DNA of 64,000 nt from Amoebidium appalachense (GCA_963693365.1 CAVNZM010000007.1:2155979-2219978), one strand, 5' to 3'; shown: positions 13,823-25,400, counted from the stretch's first letter. The notes: generated from the sequence alone by a model not told the origin. A program made the numbers and translations.

Positions 13823-14993
13823 CTAGGCATTGTGCTTGCAGTCTTTGCGGGGGTGTGTGCCAGAGCAGAGCGGGCACACGTGGGAGAAGGGGCAGGGCTG
13901 CTTAGCGCAGGACCGACCGTTAATGTGGAAATTCCTGCAGTGCGTCGCGGGTAGATCTACGGGTCGGGCCGGTTTGGCCGGGCCGGGTTGCGGGCCAGGG
14001 CGGTTAGGGGTGTGACCCCCGCCGGGTTTGTGGGGCGGCTTAAAGCCGTCAAGACCACAGCCGGGCTTGGGGTACATGGGGCAGGCCGCGCTGGGGTGGT
14101 CGGGGGAAGCCACAGCGCTGACATGCGTCCTGGATGAGCAGGGTGGGTGGCAGGAGGAGATCCTGGTGGAGTTGGGCGAGCAGGTTGGGGCACTCGATCG
14201 GAGCCCAACCCTGCTGGTGGGCCACGGTGCGGGCGTATACGTCATAGTTGTGGATCTGGGCCCACGGGTATCGGGTGCTGAGGCGAGTGATGTGCTGAGT
14301 CCAAAGTACGTCTTTGTCCGTGGGAAGGCCGAGGTGGTGCTTGGCGGCCATGTAATGGGTCCAAGCTTGGATCCAAATGACGAGTGAACGCAGGGGAACG
14401 GGTTTGTCTTGGCGAAAAGTCTCGATGCTGCCGTCGTCGGCCATGCGCAGATGCTGACCTTTCTTGGATGGGGCCAGGAGGGCGGCGGGGGTGAACTTAT
14501 ACAGGTCGACGAAACGATTGGCGCGCAAATCTGCCAGCACATCCGCGGGGGGAAGCGGGAGTGTGCCCGGCTGAATGTCGCCAGTGTTCTCACCTGTGAT
14601 GGGGGGCGCGTGCAGGGCAGGCAGGTCAAGGTCAGGGCCGAGATGCAGCCCCGGGGAAACCTCCCCGGGTGTGGAGGGCGCGGCGGGGGGCGCGGGAGGG
14701 TCGCGGTTGGTGAGAGCAGCCAGGACGCCAGCCATCTGGGTGCTGATGGCGGTGAGGGCGGCCAGGACGGCGTCTTGAGAAGTCATCTGCGGGGACGGCG
14801 GGGCCTGAGGGGGGACTTCAGGGGTGGAGGGGAGAGTAGCCGGCGGGTCCGGGTCCGTGGTGGTATGGGCCGCTGGAGGCGCGTCAGTGTCCGCGGGAGC
14901 GTTGGTCAGCCTGTGGCGGAGGTCGCTGCGGGTCAGGCGCTTAGGTGCCGCGGCAGGGGCGGCGGCTGAGGCCGGGCGCTTTTTCGGCGGCAT
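13823..14993 (-). pseudogene. gag: Ngaro gag-like ORF1 with CCHC knuckle and C-terminal Cys/His fingers; 1-nt frameshift near 14108
   Basis: Joining the two frames restores CQRCGSPDHPSAAC (CX2CX4HX4C). C-terminus CRNFH...C...CPFSHVCPLCSGTHPRKDC is typical of Ngaro ORF1. Confidence 0.85.
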
Positions 14994-15033
14994 GCTGACC
15001 GGCGTAGGGAAAGATAGGGAGAATGAAAAGGAA

Positions 15034-15382
15034 TGAAAAGGAATATATAGCTGTAAGGCTGTGGATGCTAAACACAGAAGATGTGTTTGTAGCTTGCTGA
15101 TCTGCTAAAAACTGTCGTGCTTATATACCTAAGCCTACCGATCTGAACCAATCAAAAATCGATCTAGTGATATGTGAAATCTGATCCGAGCCAATCATAA
15201 CTCGGTCTAGTGATCTGTGGTATCTGATGTTTTGACTGGCTAATAGGTGCCCGTGTGCGGGCAGCCAACCGCTAACTGCTAAAACACGAAATGAAGCCTA
15301 CATGGTTATGTTGGTATCGAACACCCATCCTACGTGTTTACCCAGAAAAATATTTATGTCAATAATTTCCACAAATAAAACC
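15034..15382 (-). repeat. Repeat A1 (5' terminus and putative promoter of the Ngaro element)
   Basis: Matches 10118-10466. Contains minus-strand TATATAA (~15121-15127) and CCAAT motifs upstream of the gag ATG at 14993. Confidence 0.9.
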
Positions 15383-15400
15383 CCCCTAAATTCATGTGAC

Positions 15401-16036
15401 TTAGTGATGGGGGAAGACTGCCCTGAAAGGCACGCGTAGTTTTGCCTGGAAGTGAATACATTCGCGAGGGCGAGTAGTTGTTGGTGGAGCATGGTGAGTG
15501 CCGACGACGAACGGTACAGTGCCGTGCGCGCTGTACAGCTGGCAAACTTCGATACCAAAAATGCCAGCAGCACGAACAGAAGGAGACACCCAAGAACGCA
15601 CCAGCACCAAGCTGCCAGGCTCACGCCCGTCTTGTTGTGCAAATTTGCATACTCCGTTAGGGCGCGTATCAGGGCGTCTGGTGCCTCTGCTTGCGTTTGC
15701 GTTGACCTCGACTTCCAGCCCGTGGAGAAGGTCGACTGATGAATGTCGATTGTCTTCAGGTGGCAGGTCTTCGGGGTCAAATGATTGGCCGTAGTCGGTT
15801 TCCCCTGAACGAAAAGAGAAGCAGTATTGATTGTCGTGTTGCAAGTCGTGTGAACGGAAGTAGACACGGTCGAGCAACGGAATGTCTGCTCCAGGAGGGT
15901 GCCACGGTGAAGAGCCGGGGGGGGAAAGGGGAACATTATAGCCGAGTTCTTCAAGGAAAATGAGGTCGGCGTTTCTAGCTTCCCCCCCATGCAGGCCACT
16001 AGGGCCGGCATTGTTGTCACCAAGGTGGTTAGACAT
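15401..16036 (-). CDS. Orphan ORF (~211 aa from ATG at 16036), unknown function
   Basis: Non-repetitive open frame (252 aa from an upstream TTG), with a minus-strand TATAAG at ~16279-16284 and CCAAT motifs upstream; no recognisable domain. Confidence 0.4.
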   Translation of the reverse strand: MSNHLGDNNAGPSGLHGGEARNADLIFLEELGYNVPLSPPGSSPWHPPGADIPLLDRVYFRSHDLQHDNQYCFSFRSGETDYGQSFDPEDLPPEDNRHSSVDLLHGLEVEVNANASRGTRRPDTRPNGVCKFAQQDGREPGSLVLVRSWVSPSVRAAGIFGIEVCQLYSAHGTVPFVVGTHHAPPTTTRPRECIHFQAKLRVPFRAVFPHH

Positions 16037-17186
16037 GTTAGGACCCAAACAACTAATAACATAGTACTTGCTTGATACGAGCACACTTGCAGCGCAAGAA
16101 CTAGCGCTGCAGGGGGTGTAGCTCAGCTGTTGTATAATATGATCGTGTGTCTGTGACAAACAATATGTTTATAAATGAACGGGGTTGACTAGACCACGCT
16201 TTGCTTAGTTACGTGCTAGTCCTACTTACACCTAGTAAGCCGAGCACACTGAGTGAGCTCTGAAGCCCCCGACATGCCCTTATATCGGAGCTCGCACAGC
16301 GGCTCAGACATGCGCATCGGTATGTGCTTTTTTGGCTACGAGCCAATCACATACGGTTCACGGTCCTGTCCCATGGCTAACACGGTTCCAATAAACTTAG
16401 TGAGCCAATCGGGTGACAGTACTTGACTATCGATGCATTCCACAGTCATACCTCACGGCTACTTGCATATTTTCCCATGATAAAACTATAACTTAACGCT
16501 CATGGTTCCTCTGCTACGTGTCGGTCCCATGTGACTATTATATCTGTTTTCCCATGAATAATTCTGCAAGCTGCACGTGCACATATGTTTAACTTCTTGC
16601 TCATGCGCACAAGACTGGGGGGAGACATGCATACTGGCCTATCTAAGATCAAACACAGTGGTATATATACATGTACACGTGTGCGTATATCTCAACCTGT
16701 GTACATCCATACTAGATATCCGGTATAATATACCACATGGGGGCATAGATTGGACCACAGCCGCACGCCACGCACTAAAGTCGCCGATGGGAGAAACATA
16801 AACACGTCCCGTCGCCGCGGGGTTTACATCCACAGTGGGAGGGGGCCCCGCAGCTGGGCCCCGCACACCACGTTCTTGACCGGGCAAAATAATCAGCCCT
16901 TCAAGGGCACCGGGGGGCGGAGAAGTCAACCGTGGCGGCTCCGCAGGTGCTGGGGAAGGGGCAGGTGCAGAAACAACCCTGACAGTGTCCTCCACCGCGG
17001 TGGCGAAGTTCAAGGCCCAGAGGGACATTTTCCGCAGCGACCTAATAAACAACGAAGGGAAGAACGTGGAAACTCAACACGGTAGAACAGTGTAAATCAG
17101 AGTAAAACGAAATTTTTGGGGAATATTGCTGGGCTATGGTACAGTGCCCAGCATACGCCGCTGGAAGAAGGAAGGCGAAGGGACCT

Positions 17187-17978
17187 CTACTGGCGCGGAG
17201 CGCCGGTAGAGTGACTGCCACTTGGTGCCGTCCTGTTGGGGTTGGGGTAGCTTCCGCGGCCGCCCTCGTGCGTGTAGGGGCCCGCGGGCCCGCCCTCACT
17301 AGCTTGCTTGTTGGCCGATGCGCGAACCAGCTCGGGTTCGCGCTCCTTCTGTTTGGCGTGCGCAACAGCCAAGTTGGACCACTTGGCGCCGTACTTGGGG
17401 TTGTACGTCTTCTCAATTTGGGCGCGGGCGACCTCTGCAACTGCGTGACCCTCCACGCGCCGAATGTACAACAGCTGGAGTCTGTCGCCGCCGTAACTGA
17501 AGAGGTCTGTCAAGGTCGACGACGAGCTCGCGGAGCAGGGTAAGCTGACGGGCCGCAAAGGTGTCCGCCGACTCGTTGGCTAGCTTGGGTAGTGCAGCGA
17601 CCAAATTGAGCGCCTGCACACCCGCGTTGACCATCCCAATCTACTAGTACTGTTCAGCCTCCTCCTTGATGGGCTTGGGGAGGTCTCCCCCAGGGAACAA
17701 TCCGTCTGACGACAAGGGCCGTGGGCCAAATGGGAAACGCCCGTCAACCACAAAATGCTCGACGGCTTGCAGAGATGCGTGCGACTCCACAAACTCGCCG
17801 CGTGCGACTCCACGTGCACGAACTCGCCGCGGGTGAGTCGTAGCACGTTTTGCTGCGGGTTCCAAGTTTGCCGAAGGCGCTCACACCGCTGCTCGTCCGA
17901 CTCCTCCTTGTTGTTGTTATCAGCCGGAAGGAGCCTGCGAACCTCGGCGCTATACAGGTTGAAGGCAGCGTTCTCCAT
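17187..17978 (-). pseudogene. Degenerate ORF, possibly gag-like of a DIRS/PAT-type element
   Basis: MENAAFNLY... can be threaded through 3-4 frames (small duplication ~17780-17825, stops ~17641-17646, shift ~17505). It gives a helical Ala-rich protein ending in a Gly/Pro/Arg tail. A TATA lies upstream at ~18142-18148. Confidence 0.4.
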
Positions 17979-18072
17979 GCTAGGCGAGGAATTAGGGTGA
18001 CAAGTTCTGCCACCTACCGTAGCTTACTTAGATCTAAGTGTGCGAAGGGGACTGCAACCTAAATCGAGCTCT

Positions 18073-18553
18073 CGCCAAAAACGTCGCATGAAGTGGGTGC
18101 GACGTTGGGAAATGAGCTAACGACTAGTAGGAGTTCGCTCCTTATATACCAACGGAGCTCACCCAATGGGCTATCATTGTTAGAAACACCATTTCAACCA
18201 ATGATTGCCCTAGAATACACTCTAACTAGTGCTTGATGAATCAAGCTAAGTATTTGTGCGGCAGCCAGACTTCGAAATTATTCCGGCTGATGCTATTCGG
18301 TCAAGAGCTTACCGGTAGGCTAGTGGTAGCCACAGCCGTCTCGAATAATTTCGAAGTCTGGCTGCCGCACAAATACTTAGCTTGATTCATCAAGCACTAG
18401 TTAGAGTGTATTCTAGGGCAATCATTGGTTGAAATGGTGTTTCTAACAATGATAGCCCATTGGGTGAGCTCCGTTGGTATATAAGGAGCGAACTCCTACT
18501 AGTCGTTAGCTCATTTCCCAACGTCGCACCCACTTCATGCGACGTTTTTGGCG
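18073..18553. repeat. Perfect long inverted repeat: 211-bp arms (18073-18283 / 18343-18553), 59-nt structured spacer
   Basis: The arms read as exact reverse complements (cgccaaaaacgtcgc...gaaattattc / gaataatttc...gcgacgtttttggcg). Confidence 0.95.
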
Positions 18554-18736
18554 GCCGTGCTGGTAGCACGCTGAACTTATACGTATCACTTTAACCAAAT
18601 TAACCAGGGGAGGGGGGAAAATCAATTTTTTTCTAGCATCAATATCCCCTGCGCAAGAGGGCCGTGCTGGTAGCACGCTGAACTTATACGTATCACTTTA
18701 ACCAAATTAACCAGGGGAGGGGGGAAAATCAATTTT
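18553..18736. repeat. Direct repeat, 2 x ~77 bp
   Basis: ggccgtgctggtagcacg...aaaatcaatttt at ~18553-18629 and ~18660-18736. Confidence 0.9.
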
Positions 18737-19022
18737 CGGAGATATGCTTCGTTTTAGTTTATATGGTTCGATTATGGCTGAAAATATGAATATTGAATGC
18801 ATAAACTGTTGGTGGTACCTCAGGCCTCCTAGTCCGGCCGAGGATCTAAGAAATATTTCCAACATGTAATTTTGACCAATTCTTGCCTGGCTTTTTACAC
18901 CAAATTAGGTAACCACCAATAGATCTCGAGTGTTCTCTGCCCTTTAGATCTGCAGTACCAAGATCTGTTCCCTCGGCCTCGGCCCAGCTGTCTAACGTGT
19001 CTCTCCGTTCATGTGTCTCAAG

Positions 19023-19060
<38 letters not shown>

Positions 19061-19100
19061 CCCCCCCCCCCCCCTCTCTCTCTCCCCCTGGATCCCCCTC

Positions 19101-19171
<71 letters not shown>

Positions 19172-19471
19172 TCTCTATCCCCCCCCCCCCCCCCCCCCCG
19201 TCGGGCCTCCCCCTCTCTCCCCACTTAGGCTCTCTCTCCCCCTCTCCCTCTCTCTCTCTTTTTCTCCCCCCCTCTCTCTATCTATCTCTCTCCTCTCCCC
19301 TCTCTCCCCCTCCCCCCCCCCCCCCCCCTCCCCCCCCTCTCTCATCAAATCCCCTTCCTATTGTCTATCTCTCTCTCCCTCTCTGGTTCTCTCTCCCTCC
19401 CCTTCCCTCCCCTTCCCTAGCCCCCCCCCTCCCCCGGGGCCCCCTCTCCGGGCCCATCCTCTCCCCTAGAA

Positions 19472-19620
19472 AGGACCCAACCACATCGGCAGAGTCAACT
19501 TGCAAAAAGCAGAATTATTCTGCAAAAGCAGAACTGCAAAAAGCAGAATTGTTCTGCAAAAGCAGAATCCGCTCTGCTTTTTAGCAGAATTATTCTGCAA
19601 AAGCAGAATCACTCTGCTAA
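19472..19620. mobile_element. Truncated left-end copy of the MITE at 19805-20231
   Basis: aggacccaaccacatcggcagagtcaacttgcaaaaagcagaattattctgc... matches the MITE 5' end. Confidence 0.8.
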
Positions 19621-19804
19621 TAATAGGAGAGGAAAGGGGGGGGGGGGGGGGGGGGGGACCAGGTGAGGGGGGGGGGGGGGGGGGAAGGTACAAAATGCCG
19701 GGGAGCCTCCGGGGAACGCTTCGGGCAGGGGCGGAGAAAGGATTGCCCAGAAAGGGGGGGAGGGGCAAGGGGATGGGGGGGGGGGGGGGGGGGGGGGGTA
19801 TGGA

Positions 19805-20231
19805 AGGGCCCAACCACATCGGCAGAGTCAACTTGCAAAAAGCAGAATTATTCTGCAAAAGCAGAATCACTCTGCTTTTAGCAGAATTATTCCGCAAAAG
19901 CAGAATACTCTGCTTTTAGCTAAATCACTCTGCTTTTAGCAGAATTATTCTGCTTTTAGCAGAATTATTCCGCAAAAAGCAGAATTATTCTGCTTTCGAC
20001 AGCGGAATAATTCTGCTTTTAGCGGAATACTGCTGCTTTTAGCGGAATAATTCTACTTTTTGCAGAATGATTCTGCTTTTTGCGGAATGACTCTGCTTTT
20101 AGCAGATTGATTCTGCTTTTGCAGAATAATTCTGCTTTTGCTGAATACTTCTGCTCTTTAGAGGATAATTCTGCTTTTTGCAGAACGATTAAGGTCGGAG
20201 CAAGTTGACTCAACCGATGTGGTTGGGCCCT
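19805..20231. mobile_element. Non-autonomous TIR element (MITE/foldback-like), ~32-bp TIRs, 6-bp TSD TATGGA, internal GCAGAATTATTCTGC repeats
   Basis: Left end agggcccaaccacatcggcagagtcaacttgc; right end gcaagttgactcaaccgatgtggttgggccct. TATGGA at 19799-19804 and 20232-20237. Confidence 0.85.
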
Positions 20232-20368
20232 TATGGAGGGGGAGTGAGAGAGGGAAAGCGAAGAGCGTCGCAAGCTTTGATGGAGACGACGTGCCTGTAA
20301 GTTGGTCTGTGTGTGTGACAGCAAATGAGTGTACGTGTATATTGGCCCGGAGGCAGGAGGGGGGGGCC

Positions 20369-20411
<43 letters not shown>

Positions 20412-21332
20412 CGCATGGGTCGGTGAAGAGCACTCACTACAAATATAATAATAGATAAGTCTCCCCCGTTCCCCTTACACCAGCTCCACTGAAATATACG
20501 GAAAATCCGGATCCCCCCCCCCCCCCCCCCCCCTCTTTTTTCCGAGGCCGCGAGTTGCGGGTCTATGAGTATTGTGTGGAGCTCCGGAGGGTGACACAGC
20601 CGAAAAGGTGAAACACTATGCTGGGTAATAGTCACAATTCCGAAACTGTGTCCGTCAGTCCCTGGGTGTTGGAAGGTGTGTGGGTGGGTGCGATTTGTGG
20701 CAGCCACTCAAAAGCTTACCCGATATTGTGACTGAAATTTCCAGTGTTCTTTATATTTAATCATAATAATTGGGCTAGAAAACAATACTAGGGCCGTGGC
20801 ATTACGAACCAACAAAGGTCTTACGTTGAGAAAAGTCCGAAGGTTGCTATATATAACAACTTGAATATTACAGCTTTCACTCCATTGTCAATAAGTAATT
20901 GGTGTTCGGCACCAATAAATATTCAATTTGGTAAACATGTGTCGTAAAAGTGTTCTGTAACTATGCTACAGACCATTTACACCCTTCGCGAATCAGATAC
21001 CAGACCTTCAAAACAAGCAGACTGAGAACCAATTTCTCTCGAGTCCTCTGTCGAGAGATCAAAGTTTGAGAACTAGGGAGGGAGAGTTTACTACGCCTAT
21101 CTGAAATTCATGCATTGTCCTGATAATGCAGCTTAGTGGCAACATTTCTTGGGTAAGACAACAATAATAAGATGTATATACAGGGGGTTGTGGAATCGAA
21201 GACACTACGGTACCGCTACCAACTTCGTCTACGGGCCCTATCCCAGGGGGAAAAGCGCAAAACAAGCTGCGTTAAAAACAGTCAAGAACGGGCATGGGAA
21301 AAAAAAGAACAGGAAACAAACAAAAAATAAAA

Positions 21333-22442
21333 CTAGGCACCGTAATTGATGCCTGGAGCTGTGCAGTGATAGGCGGTGCTCCCACAGTACCCACTCGGTG
21401 AACAGCAGTAGGCCTTCTGCGTCTTGTCGGGGTTACACTCGGCCGGGGTACCATCTCTTAAAGGAAACCCCTTTCCGCACCTCTTATTCGCCAGCCACGT
21501 AACAGTTGCATCCCGCACACTAACCCCGTGCACCCTTATGGGGATTCTGAGTTTCTGGATCCAGCTGACATAGGCCGATGTCCTTGTGTATACACCCGGA
21601 ACGTTCGCACGTGCACATCCGTCCCCATAGCTGACTATGCCGATGTGTACTGCCGTTGCCCCCGCCATGACAAAAACCGGGCCACCGCTATCCCCTTGGC
21701 ACGAATCTTTTCCCTTCTGCCCCCCAGCGCAAAGTTGCTTTGCTGGGTATACAGGAGAGTAGATATCGTCGCATTTTGCAACATTGTTTATGGGCAGGTT
21801 CACCTGGAGAAGGACGGGGCTTACGGCTGCGGCCCCCTCTGACGTGACACCCCACCCGCTAACCGTAGCAGTTTTTCCAGGTAGGTCGTTCTGTGCGGCT
21901 GTGTTCAGGGAAATAGGGGTGCGGCCGTTTGCCGGTGCATTCAACTTGAGAATGGCAAGATCGTTCACAATATTCACAGAGTCATACTGAGGATGTATCG
22001 TCTGCGACACAATGGTAAACTTCTGGAAAGTTGTCATTTGGCGAAGATCCGTTCCCCCCATCAGAACAGTGTCACCGACGGAACTTGGATCTGCACAGTG
22101 TGCCGCGGTGAGAACATACTGTGGTGCTATAAGCGCCCCCCCGCAATAGTGCCAATAGAGAGTTTTCCCTCCTTGCTTATACCACTGGCCTATTGATACC
22201 ATCCAAGGCTTTATACCGGACCGTGTCCCACCCACAATGGCAGTGATGATGTCGTGCACACTGGTGATGGGGTTCGTGACGTCTATCTTGATGTAGTTGC
22301 GACGGGTGATGTTTAGGGATGATGGGTGTATTTTTCCGTCGGGAATGGTTGTGTTTTGAGTTGGGTCATTTGGTATAACCATGCCGTTTACTGTGCAGGC
22401 CGCAAGAAGCGCAGCCGTAGAAACGAGGAGTCTCATTTCCAA
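21333..22442 (-). CDS. Secreted S1A trypsin-like protease with C-terminal chitin-binding type-1-like (hevein/CBM18-like) module; intronless
   Basis: Signal peptide MRLLVSTAALLAACTVNG, IVGG, LTAAHC, NDLAIL, DSCQGDSGGP. C-terminal CGKG...ECNP...CCSPSGYCGSTAYHC. Confidence 0.95.
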   Translation of the reverse strand: MEMRLLVSTAALLAACTVNGMVIPNDPTQNTTIPDGKIHPSSLNITRRNYIKIDVTNPITSVHDIITAIVGGTRSGIKPWMVSIGQWYKQGGKTLYWHYCGGALIAPQYVLTAAHCADPSSVGDTVLMGGTDLRQMTTFQKFTIVSQTIHPQYDSVNIVNDLAILKLNAPANGRTPISLNTAAQNDLPGKTATVSGWGVTSEGAAAVSPVLLQVNLPINNVAKCDDIYSPVYPAKQLCAGGQKGKDSCQGDSGGPVFVMAGATAVHIGIVSYGDGCARANVPGVYTRTSAYVSWIQKLRIPIRVHGVSVRDATVTWLANKRCGKGFPLRDGTPAECNPDKTQKAYCCSPSGYCGSTAYHCTAPGINYGA

Positions 22443-22740
22443 TGTTTGCTCAACGTTACAACAATGTGTGCATTGATGGCGTTAAGGCAGTTAGTAACTC
22501 CTGTCTGAAATAGTGTCCGCGCTTGTTTTCCGTTTGTTCGCTCGGTGTGTTTTAGTGCAGAAATAGTCTTACAACCACGCGTAGTCGAGCAGAGTTTCAG
22601 TGTGAGGAAAGTCCATGGGTGGAATGAGCAAAAATGTTGCGAGAAGCACGTTTTTATTGAGGCTCAGAATGCACCCCCCAGAAGAGGTCTAATAGGAATG
22701 CCGGGGGCCGGATGTACATCAGCGATGCAAATTTTTTATT

Positions 22741-22942
22741 TTTATAATGACTTTATTGATATGCTCATGAAAGAGAAGCAAGCCGGAGATATCACAGATA
22801 TCTCAGAGAAGAAAATACAAAAACCCCTACTACTGTGAGAAATTTCTTTTATTTATAATGACTTTATTGATAAGCTCATGAAAGAGAAGCAAGCCGGAGA
22901 TACCACAGATAACTCAGAGAAGAAAATACAAAAACCCCTACT
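22741..22942. repeat. Tandem duplication (~91-bp unit, period ~111), probably the 3' UTR of the adjacent LINE remnant
   Basis: tttataatgactttattgat...aaacccctact at ~22741-22831 and ~22852-22942. Confidence 0.85.
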
Positions 22943-22949
22943 CACGGAT

Positions 22950-23560
22950 ACGGAGGCCAACGACTCAAATAATCATACACCCTAGAAAACTCGTTAAACA
23001 TACGGTGGTTTAACAGCTAGTCAATAGAAGTAATATCAGGATTATCTAAAAAAGCTAGTCTTCGGATTTCTAACGGAAGAATCTGAGATAAATAAATACA
23101 TTTATCTAGATGTTTGCGAGAAAAAGGTTCTGCACAAAAGTGACACAAACATTTATGGAAACTAAGGTTACAACGCCAAAATAAACATTTCCAAGCAATA
23201 TCACACGAAGGGGTTAGAATGGCAAAATTGGCAAGTGTGGTAGGTTTACGAGAGGAAGGATGAATATAAGTAGCTAATTTACATAACGATTGTAGAGAAA
23301 ATAGACGAATCTCTAATACAAAAAGAAGCACAGGCTCAAGAGTCCTACCATGATACTCTTTATCACAACGATGAAACAAAGGATATTGAGTATGAAACCA
23401 AGTAACATACTGCTGATAAATAGGGGAAGAGAAAAATAAAGGAGACAAATATTCAAAAGGATATCTCTGAATGTGAGATAGAATGGGTACAGGACATTTC
23501 GCGTAGAAATAGCCAACATGGTAAGTTTAACAGTATAGTTTCTATGGATAAACATTACTA
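22950..23560 (-). pseudogene. Probable 5'-truncated non-LTR retrotransposon remnant (ORF2 C-terminal Cys/His region)
   Basis: FWR...CHFCAEPFSRKHLDKC resembles the ORF2 tail of the neighbouring LINE (QWR...CP...QFNRSCIAKC). Confidence 0.5.
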
Positions 23561-24000
23561 ATCGCTCTAATGGACCTTCGTTTCAACGTGCTCTATATAT
23601 TTTACTCATGCTTTACATAGGGCTAGACACCCCTGTTATCTAAACGCTTTATCTATTGATATGTACAACACCTTGTTTTAGCTGCGCATGCGGCAGTGTA
23701 ATAGAATGCCACGGAATCGGATCAAGCAAATGCATGCTCGGAATTTCTATATCACGCCATGTGAATTCGAACCGTGCGCGTGGATGAGGCCTTCGTACTA
23801 TATTTCTGTATAAACACTCACATCTATATAGGGTAGATAGGCCTACCTCGCCAAATTTATATTTAGACTCGAGTCGACTCGCCTTGATAAAAAATGCCTG
23901 CTGCATACCAGTTGACTCGCAGTCTCATCATGGGCAATATCATTGGCGTAAATCTAAAAATAGCACTGCGGTTGCATTCCAACCCAACTCGTGTGTGTGT

Positions 24001-24096
<96 letters not shown>

Positions 24097-25327
24097 CACG
24101 TGCACTGACAGATTAACGGTCTAATTAGATCTGTGTGTGTATGTGTGTGTGCGTGCCACTGACTGTATGTGTGTGCGTGTCGGTGTGCGTGTGTATACTA
24201 TGCATGCGTTACGGCTACTCGAGTACCTAAGCATATCGCAACGGACCCGAGGTCCGTCGCGAAGATAACCCATGAATAGGCGGGGCAACACTAAGATACA
24301 GACGTCCGCACATAAGATCGACAAGAACAAGATCTACTAGTCTGCTTGTACAAACCAGTCCGGCAGTTCCCTCTTTCCCCCCCACAAAAGAAAAAAAAGA
24401 AACGGGCGAAACCAGTCCACCCGACAAACAACAAAAAACATCACGAAAATGAGCCACGGATTAGGCAGTCAGGGCGTTTTGTGCGGCCTTTGGCCGGTGA
24501 GTGCATTGGAATGCGGCAAATAGGGCACGGCAGATATGTTACCGGCAAGAGATGAATTCACAACAGTAGAAAGCAATATACATAGGGGCACATAAACCGC
24601 ACAAAATATGTTGAGGCCTATTAAGGCAAAAAAATACTTCATTTTAGCTATTTTAGCTGAAATAGTACAAATGTTTACTTTATGTCAGGCTAACTAGCAC
24701 ACAGGAAACGCGCTACGTATGCTATCGCTTCGTACAGTCGATAAATTTCGTATTAAAAACGTAATTTCAACTATGAACAGACTAATAGATTTAATGTCAT
24801 GGCACAAAAGTAGCTTCTTGTGCCGTCACTCTTTACTCGCCCCAGCAAGGGGATAGATTACTTGCAGTGTCGTGTGTAGATGCCTAGGCTGCACACACAA
24901 ACACATGTGCTCTCCAAGGAGACACATTTTAGATGGCAGGCCATCACCACAGCCACTCAAGGGAGGGTGGGCGGGAAAAACAAAATACTTAACTAGAGAA
25001 AACAACCGTTTACGGGCCTCAGGAGGCCCTGCCAACTTGCTAGACTAAGGACACATTCTGCTCAGGAGCAGTGCCAGCGACTGAGAGGCCTACGAATCTG
25101 CGGGCTAGCGGTTTATATACACGCAGGGGGGTTTACGCTGTTTACTCGAGGCAAAGAGAACCAGTCTCAGGTATGGGGGGGGGGGGGGTTTGCTCGGAAT
25201 ATCCCCTCAGCGGTATATCATGATCACGTACATAGATGTCGGGTGGTGACTATATATCAGGGTTTACTTTCTCTACGAGACACCATAAAGACTACAAGGA
25301 GAAATCAATTAGTTGGGGTTCCCCGTT

Positions 25328-25368
<41 letters not shown>

Positions 25369-25400
25369 GGGCTCCCCTCGGGACACTCGGTATCAGCTGG

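Larger units (their letters stand above)
9887..15382 (-). mobile_element. Full-length Ngaro-type (DIRS order) tyrosine-recombinase retrotransposon with split direct repeats A1-ORFs-B1A2-(spacer)-B2
   Basis: A = 15034-15382 and 10118-10466 (349 bp). B = 10467-10556 and 9887-9976 (90 bp). gag, RT/RH and YR ORFs lie between; YR overlaps the RH 3' end; no TSD. Confidence 0.95.

Noticed and set aside
18284-18342. Hammerhead ribozyme in the hairpin spacer (CTGATG in a three-way junction)
   Set aside because: The core reads CUGAUGC and there is no GAAA after the second stem.
20435-20445. CACTACAAA, possible CACTA terminus
   Set aside because: No matching inverted end or 3-bp TSD found.
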